A stretch of DNA of 64,000 nt, taken from the NCBI GenBank assembly GCA_009914755.4, contig CP068257.2, forward strand, positions 32,928,001 to 32,992,000. The letters are read 5' to 3'. A model generated the notes under the pieces. The model saw only the letters and a list, made by a program, of their open reading frames with translations, was not told where the DNA came from and did no database searches. This document shows, one piece after another, positions 56,443 to 64,000 of the stretch. Each line of letters begins with the position of its first letter. Within the stretch, counting starts at the first letter, position 1. Origin of the DNA: the human T2T-CHM13v2.0 reference genome, Homo sapiens. The position numbers were made by a program, and so were the translations under genes.

Positions 56443-58359
56443 TCAGAGATAACAGTGATCACATGTGTAGGTATAGACACCTTCACACTCACTGCACTCT
56501 CAGCTGAGCCATGAAAATTACTAAGATTAATAAGCAGCAACAAAACCTGCACCTAAAGAAAATAGATGCACAGAAAAATAAGCAAAAAATTAAACATTGA
56601 CCTAATATAAAACTGGTAACAACATATTCATTGACATTAAAACAAGATCCTTCATAAAGACTAAATAAATATTTTCTGAGTATCTCCTGTCCTTGATACG
56701 ATCACAAACGTTACCATGCTACATGCAATTCTCACAGCATCCTAGTAAGCCACCATCTAGACCTCTTTACAGACACAAAGCTGAAGATGCTCAGAATCTC
56801 AGGCACAGCCCCGAAGGCAGCCAGCTGGGTCCACTTCATTCCAAGCCACAAATGCAACACAGAATGCTCTGTGCTGCCTCTGCATAACCACCCCTTTCAC
56901 TAAATGCAGGAAGTCACCCCCACAACCAACAAGCTCTATACCCGCACCCCATTTCACCCTGTGTCTAGTTTGAAAGATACATCTTGAATTTAGCTATTCT
57001 AGAAAGAGATACCAATACAAATGAACCCTGAATCACTTTCCAAACACCTGCAGGTGTTTCCAGGCAGTTCATGAACTGTAACACAGTGAATTTTTCTGAA
57101 GGGTGGTCTGTTTTGAGGGGCTGCACAGCAGTTTTACTGATTGCGGACCAGACCACCTGAGATCTACAGGTTGGGATGCATGTGAGGGAAGCTGTACAAA
57201 TTCCCCAGAATCGTGACTCCAGCCCAGAACACTGTCACTACTTGACTAGAGTGGTGGTAATTCTGGAATCATCCGGGTGACCTGCCTACCAGCAAAAGCT
57301 TTTCCTTCTTAATCTACTGAGTAACCTAATACCTGAAGCCAGCTCAGAAAATTCCCATTATCTCTGAAATAAAATGTTTTCATCTGAGTTCTCTCTCTGT
57401 ATTTCTTTATGCTGATATTTTCATATTTCATATTCTTTTCATAATAATGCTGATAATTTCAGTCATCTTCAGGAGGAGGGTCATTCCTTTCAAAAGTCTC
57501 CCCTTCAGGTGAGCACGTTCCCCTATTTGTATTCTAAACAAAGCGGGCAGCATCTCCCAGCAGCAGGGAATAGGTCCACTCAGGAAGCGGCTTTCTCACC
57601 TGCACAGTTTCTGCTGGAGGGAGAGGGGTGTCTCTCCACTTGAAAGGTTCAGTTACACACTTATCTTTATAATAATAGCTTCTCTGCAGCACAAGGCATG
57701 ACTTCTCCCTTCTGAAAGTGCACTTTGCCTTTGATGCCTGAAATAAAGTGTAAGTCAACCAGCAAGCTCCACTGCAGCACACACATGAAGTTACTGCCCC
57801 CCGGCGGCGACCGCTGGTCTTTGAACAGCATTGGACAGGCCCTCGGTGCAAAGCTCTCCGGCCCCTCCACAAGCTGGAGACTGCTTCTCCCTACCTGCGG
57901 CCTGGGGACAGCCTTCCCTGGCAATATTACCGGGTTCCAGCTGGCTTGGACTCCCGAAGTCCCCCGGTTTGTATGCTCCGGGTTCTTTTGGATGGCGCTG
58001 GGAAAGGGGAGAACATTATTCGTTGGAGAATTAAGTGGGCAGAGTAAAACCAGCAGGCTGCAAGAAAAAAAGACCTGCTTTTGAGTTTTGCTAGTATCTA
58101 TTGAGCACCCTTGAGGAAATTTCGTCACCCTTCTCAGCACGAATTTCTCACTGAAGAGATGAAAGGCACAGCCTTGGAAGAACCTTCTGGTCCCAGGACT
58201 TCGAGAACCCCAGAGTCGGATATCCAGTTACCCCGGGATTCCACAGTGCTTATTATTTTTATAAAGGGTGAAGAAGTCTCCTTCATCTATGAAATGGGGA
58301 AATAATAGTATATATCTTAGAAGGCTGTAAGAAGGATTCAAAGAGATGATGTACCTAAA

Positions 58360-58470
58360 ATATCTGGCACAAGTGGTAAGTGCTAAGTAAATAGGAGACC
58401 TATAATTGATTGTAAGTATAATTGATTGTAAGTGCTAAGTGAATAGAGGACCTATAATTATAATTTATCA
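58360..58470. repeat. Tandem duplication, 2 x ~45 bp
   Basis: 'gtaagtgctaagtaaataggagacctataattgattgtaa' is followed by 'gtataattgattgtaagtgctaagtgaatagaggacctataattataattt'. Confidence 0.75.
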
Positions 58471-58715
58471 CTCAAGCTTCAGAGTGGGAGAGGGTGCTAC
58501 TAATGATTTCACTTGGATGACAGGCATAAGCCAGGATGGACAAAGTGGATGAGACATGTCACCTTATCAATCAATAATTGCCATCATGACATTTGGAAAA
58601 GTCTTCAATGTTGGCAGATGTTTTGAGAAACATTTTACTCAAGTGATCTGGCCTTGTGAGGCTATTTTTGGCAAATCTTCAAGCAGTAACTGGACAGAAT
58701 CCGTCTTGGGGTCAC

Positions 58716-59007
<292 letters not shown>

Positions 59008-59299
59008 CATCTTGGGGTCATTTAAATCATCCCTGACACAGGGGTCATCTCAGATCAGTACTGTATATGTTTCCAAGACCAATTAAAGACACAAAGTTTA
59101 AGTGACTGAAATGTACCTCCTCTCTAGCCACATGCTGGACAAAACAGGGTACGGGTGTAAGCCAGAGAAGCTGTGTGGAAGAGAACTAGAATCACATTGA
59201 AGAAATGCTCTTTTTGAGCAGATTCCTACATGGAAAACTCTGATTTACCTTATGAGGGTGTGGGGAATGACAGGCAAGTGGGCTGTGAGTTCCGTGAAG

Positions 59300-59570
59300 G
59301 GAGAGGTGGTGTTTGTCATTCACCAAGATCTGTCTAGAGCTGTGCCCTCCTTACACTGGGGAAGTGGGCTGCCAGCCTGGGGCCCCACAGCTGGTTTTGC
59401 AACCAGCACAGTGCTCAGAACAGAGATGGCACCCAAAAGGTATTTGTTGAATAAATGAATGAATGAATGGATTGATGGAGCCAGGATTCAAATCTGGGTC
59501 TGCCTGGTGCCAGTGTCCAGGCACTGCCTTCCACCTGAGCAGCAGGGTGCCACCTGCCTGGCACGCCATC
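59300..59570 (+). mobile_element. MIR-derived fragments (a 3' end with a (GAAT)n tail, followed by a core-like piece)
   Basis: 'gcacagtgctcagaacagagatggcacccaaaaggtatttgttgaataaatgaatgaatgaatgg' resembles the MIR 3' end 'gcgcttagaacagtgcctggcacatagtaagcgctcaataaatgttagttgaatgaatgaa'. It is followed by 'gagccaggattcaaatctgggtctgcctggtgccagtgtccaggcactgccttccacctgagc'. Confidence 0.6.
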
Positions 59571-59597
59571 GGCATGCATAAACATCCATTACATATA

Positions 59598-60046
59598 TGT
59601 GATAGTTAATATTAAGTGTCAACTTGATTGGATTGAAAGATGCAAAGTATTGTTCCTGAATGTGTCTGTGAGGGTGTTGCCAGAGGAGATTAACATTTGA
59701 GTCAGTGGACTGGGAAAGGCGGACCCACCCTCTATCTGCGTGGGCACCATCTAATCAGCTGTCAGAATAAAAGCAGGCAGAAGAATGTGAAAAGACTAAA
59801 CTGGCTTAGCCTCTCAGCCTCCATCTTTCTCCTGCGCTGGATGCTTCCTGCTCTCAAACATTAGACTCCAGGTTCTTCAGCTTTGGGACTCAGACTGGCT
59901 TCCTTGCTCCTCAGCTTGTAGACAGCCTATTGTCGGACCTCACCTTGGGATTGTGTGCGTCAATACTCCTTAACAAACTCCCTTTTAACTCCTCTTTATA
60001 TATATCGATCTATCCTATTAGTTCTGTCCATCTAGAGAACCCTAAT
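59598..60046 (+). mobile_element. LTR-like interspersed repeat (same family as 42327 and 44089), copy 3 of 3
   Basis: 'atgtgatagttaatattaagtgtcaacttgattggattgaaagatgcaaagtattgttcctgaatgtgtctgtgagggtgttgccagaggagattaacatttgagtcagtggactgggaaaggcggacccaccctctatctgcgtgggcaccatctaatcagctgtcagaataaaagcaggcagaa...ctcctctttatatatatcgatctatcctattagttctgtccatctagagaaccctaatat'. Confidence 0.5.
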
Positions 60047-60216
60047 ATAATATAAATACATGACTGAAAGAATGAAGAGTCGTAACTCATGTGAATCTCT
60101 GTTTCCCGTAGGTAAAAACACTCTCTTCACAGAGCTATCCTAGGATTGAAATGAGATGTGAAAGATATATGAAAAATTCACTCGCATTAATGCCATGCTT
60201 TAAGATGATAAGCAGC

Positions 60217-60720
<504 letters not shown>

Positions 60721-61149
60721 CAATGAGAAAGGGGCCCCAGATGGGAGAGAACAATGAACAGTGATTCTGAGAAATGGCCAATCACAAACAACCCCGGGCA
60801 CAGTGACCTTTTTCAGCACATAGGCCCCTCCAGCGCAACCCTATAAAACTTCCTTCCAGCCTCTGCCGCTTGGCAGACGGCCCCTTCTCTGCTGTGCTGC
60901 CTGCTGCACCCTTGCAACATATTTTTATACTTTCTCTAATAAATCTGGCTTTCTTTACCTGCAACTGTCTTGGTAAATTCCTTTACTGCCTGTGACACTG
61001 ACCCCGGCTAGGTGCACCCGTGACATGTATTACATAAATAGGGTACTTAATATACAAAATAAAGCACTTCATATTAATGAATAGAAACTATTTTATTATC
61101 TTTAAAATAAAGCACAAAGATTAACAAAAATTAAAGGTGATTATCATGG

Positions 61150-61531
61150 ATTAAATGCTTGCATCCCCCAAGTCCAAATGCAGAAGCCCTAATCCCCAGT
61201 GTGGCTTTATTTGGAGATGAGGCCTCTAAGGAAGTAATTAGGCTAAAGGAGGTCAGAAGGGTGGGGCCCTAATATAATAGGATTAGTGCTCTTATAAGAA
61301 GAGACACCAGAGAGCTTGCTCCTCTCTCCACACACTGAGGAAAGACCACGTAGGGACACAGGGAGAAGGGGGCCATCTGCAGCCCAGAGGAGAGGCCTCA
61401 CCAGAAAGAGACCATGCTGGGACCTCGACCTCAGACTTGCAGGCTCCAGAACTGTGGGAAATACATGTCTATTGCTCAAGCCTCCTAATCTGTGTTTTTT
61501 GTTATGGCAGCCTGAGAAGATTAATAATACA
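61150..61531 (+). mobile_element. ERVL-MaLR-type solo LTR (MLT1/MST-like)
   Basis: 'catcccccaagtccaaatgcagaagccctaatccccagtgtggctttatttggagatgaggcctctaaggaagtaattaggctaaaggaggtcagaagggtggggccctaatataataggattagtgctcttataagaagagacaccagagagcttgctcctctctccacacactgaggaaagaccacgtagggacacagggagaagggggccatctgcagcccagaggagaggcctcaccagaaagagaccatgctgggacctcgacctcagacttgcaggctccagaactgtgggaaatacatgtctattgctcaagcctcctaatctgtgttttttgttatggcagcctgagaagattaataatacag'. Confidence 0.7.
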
Positions 61532-61945
61532 GTGATAAAATAAGACATGCTATTGTTATGTTGAGGAACTTTCTGAATTAAATAATATTTTTGTCTCTTA
61601 ATCGTGAATTCAGGCCGACCTCAGATACCTCTCTCTTTGGCATTAATTATGATTGCACATGGGAATTTCATGTGGCACCTGCTGAAATTAGTAACAAAAG
61701 GAAAAGTACTGGACCTTTCCAAGTTATAAAAGGTTTAGCTTCCCGAGTTCTTTGTTCAGAAATATGGTGGGTAACTGCTCTTGATACTCAGAAACTTAGT
61801 AACCTAGCTATAGTCCTCTCAATGAAGTGTTCCATGTTAAACTATAGTGGCTAAAACTATTCTTTTATGGAGCTGAAGCTAAAAAGAAAAAAATCAGATT
61901 AGAAAAAAATCCTCTTTTTTTCCTCCAAATAAGTCTTTTTAATAA

Positions 61946-62243
<298 letters not shown>

Positions 62244-64000
62244 TTAGAAAGAAATCTTAATATGCATTTCTAAACACTGATTGCTCCACAGAAGTCAAAA
62301 AAGTTTCCAAATTAAAAAATGTACTAATGAATATCTAACTGTGGTAGGCAGCCTATAGCAGGGATCGCCAACCTCCGGACCACAGACCAGTGCCAGTCCA
62401 TGGCCTGTTAGGAAGCGGGCCACACAGCAGGAGGTGAGCAGCGGGTGAGCCAGCAAAGCTTCATCTGTATTTACAGCTGCTGCCCATTGCTCACATTACT
62501 GCCTGAGTTCCAGCGGCAGCAGAGTCCCATAGGAGCATGAACCCTATTGTGAACTGTGCATGTGAGGGATCTGGGTTGCCCACTCCTTATGAGAATCTAA
62601 TGCCTGATGATCTGTCACTGTCTCCCATCAGCCCCAGATGGGACCATCTAATTGCAGGAAAACAAGCTTAGGGCTTCTACTAATTCTACATTATGGTGAG
62701 TTGTATAATTATTTTATTATATAATAATAGAACTAAAGTACACAGTAAATGTAATGCACTTGAATTATCCTGAAACTAGCTCCCTGCCCCCTGGTCTGTA
62801 GAAAAACTGTCTTCCATGAAACTGGTCCCTGGTACCAAAAATGTTGGGGACCACTGGCCTATAGGATGGCCCCCAGGGATCCCCACGTCCTGGTATTTAC
62901 ACCCTTTTGTAATTCCCTCTCCCTGAGTGAGATTTGCACTTACCGACTCGCTTCTCAGGAATAGAATACAGCGAAAGTGATGGGATATCACTGAGATTAG
63001 GCTACAAAAAGATGGTGGATCCCATTCCATCTGGCTTGCTCTGAGGGAAGCCTGCTGCCATGCTGCAAGCCACCCTATGGAGAGGGTGCAGCAGCCCCCA
63101 CACAAGTGAGCCTGGCAGTAGATACCACTCCTTCAGTTCAGCCTTCAGATGAAACCACAGCTGATATTTTATTGCAGCCTTGGGAGAGACTCTGAGGCAG
63201 GGGCACCAGGCTAAGCCATCCCTGAATTTCTGACCCACAGACACTGTGACATAATTAACATTTATTATTTAAGCCACTAAGTGTTGGGTTTGTTACATGG
63301 CAGTAGATAACTAATACACAAACCTATATTGTATATACAGACCCAATCACTCTGACAGGCATTTTATGTGTATCATAAAATGTGAGTACTATCAACAGCT
63401 CCATTTACAGGCAGGGAAACCAAGGCATCGGTAGGATAAATAGCTTCCCAGAGTCACACTGCATAAGTGGGAAAGGTATGCTTAAGACCCATAGCCTTAA
63501 CCAGTATGCTTCCCAGCCTCCTCATGTAGACTTCACTGGGGAATGTGAGCATATTAAACCCAGCTAAATCTTCAGAGGTGAAAATAAATAAAAAACCTAC
63601 CCCAACTATATCAAATATGGTAAAGAATTTCTATGATGATTGAAATTTACACAACATGAAGCCAACCCTTTCCCCAACGTCAAAGTTTGAGTTAAGGTAA
63701 TTAATATTCTCCTGAGGTTACACTTTGAAAATGTTTCTGTTTTTCCCAAGAAGAGACATTTTTACTTTCTACTGCCATGGTATAGCCTCCTAATGCTCAG
63801 AGATCATGGCAGAGTGATCGGCTGTGTCTCATCAGCATTCTTATGCTTTGATGGTGATTAGTATTTACAAAGGAAAAAATTGTCTCTCACAACTGAACTG
63901 TATGTGAAATGACTGGCACTTCCTCAGCATCCTTGAGATGAGTCCTAATGATTCTGCATAGACAATGTACACCCAGGGTCTACCCATCCCACACATGCTG

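Noticed and set aside
57780-58010. Classical CpG island call.
   Set aside because: The CpG-dense core is only about 200 bp and GC content is below 60%. It fails the usual length and GC criteria, so I reported it only as a CpG-bearing block.

Overview
This window is primate (almost certainly human) nuclear genomic DNA, not a prokaryotic or viral locus. It is CpG-depleted and AT-rich, and roughly 40-50% of it is interspersed repeats recognisable by eye. I found about 23 Alu SINEs, many with intact target-site duplications (TSDs) and A-rich tails. There are three LINE-1 fragment blocks with ORF2 and 3' end homology, plus about 20 ERVL-MaLR-type solo LTRs: six THE1/MST-type, six MLT1/MST-like and three related unclassified copies. 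I also found about nine MIR SINEs, one MER5-type hAT element split by an Alu, and numerous microsatellites and A/T tracts. None of the six-frame ORFs is credible as a protein-coding gene. Most are translations of Alu, L1 or LTR sequence, or of GC-rich non-coding DNA. The recurring peptides such as '[14 protein letters not shown]...[19 protein letters not shown]' are antisense Alu translations. I could not anchor any known gene, rRNA, tRNA or CRISPR array. I see no evidence of a novel 'system' in the prokaryotic sense. The observations worth a second look are these. A 66-bp stretch of unique DNA is copied into an Alu 1.4 kb downstream, which looks like a templated insertion. Six THE1/MST LTRs cluster between 9 and 28 kb, five in one orientation, and several other LTR copies abut each other. 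There is an Alu with an internal (TA)n(GA)n microsatellite. Several young Alus have perfect TSDs. A few non-repeat patches retain CpG (29.3-29.6 kb, 57.5-58.3 kb, 50.1-51.6 kb, 20.4-20.9 kb) and could be regulatory or first-exon sequence. A short two-exon-like ORF with canonical GT..AG sits at 4.03-4.30 kb. All family assignments rest on my memory of consensus sequences. Coordinates are approximate to within about 5-10 bp.
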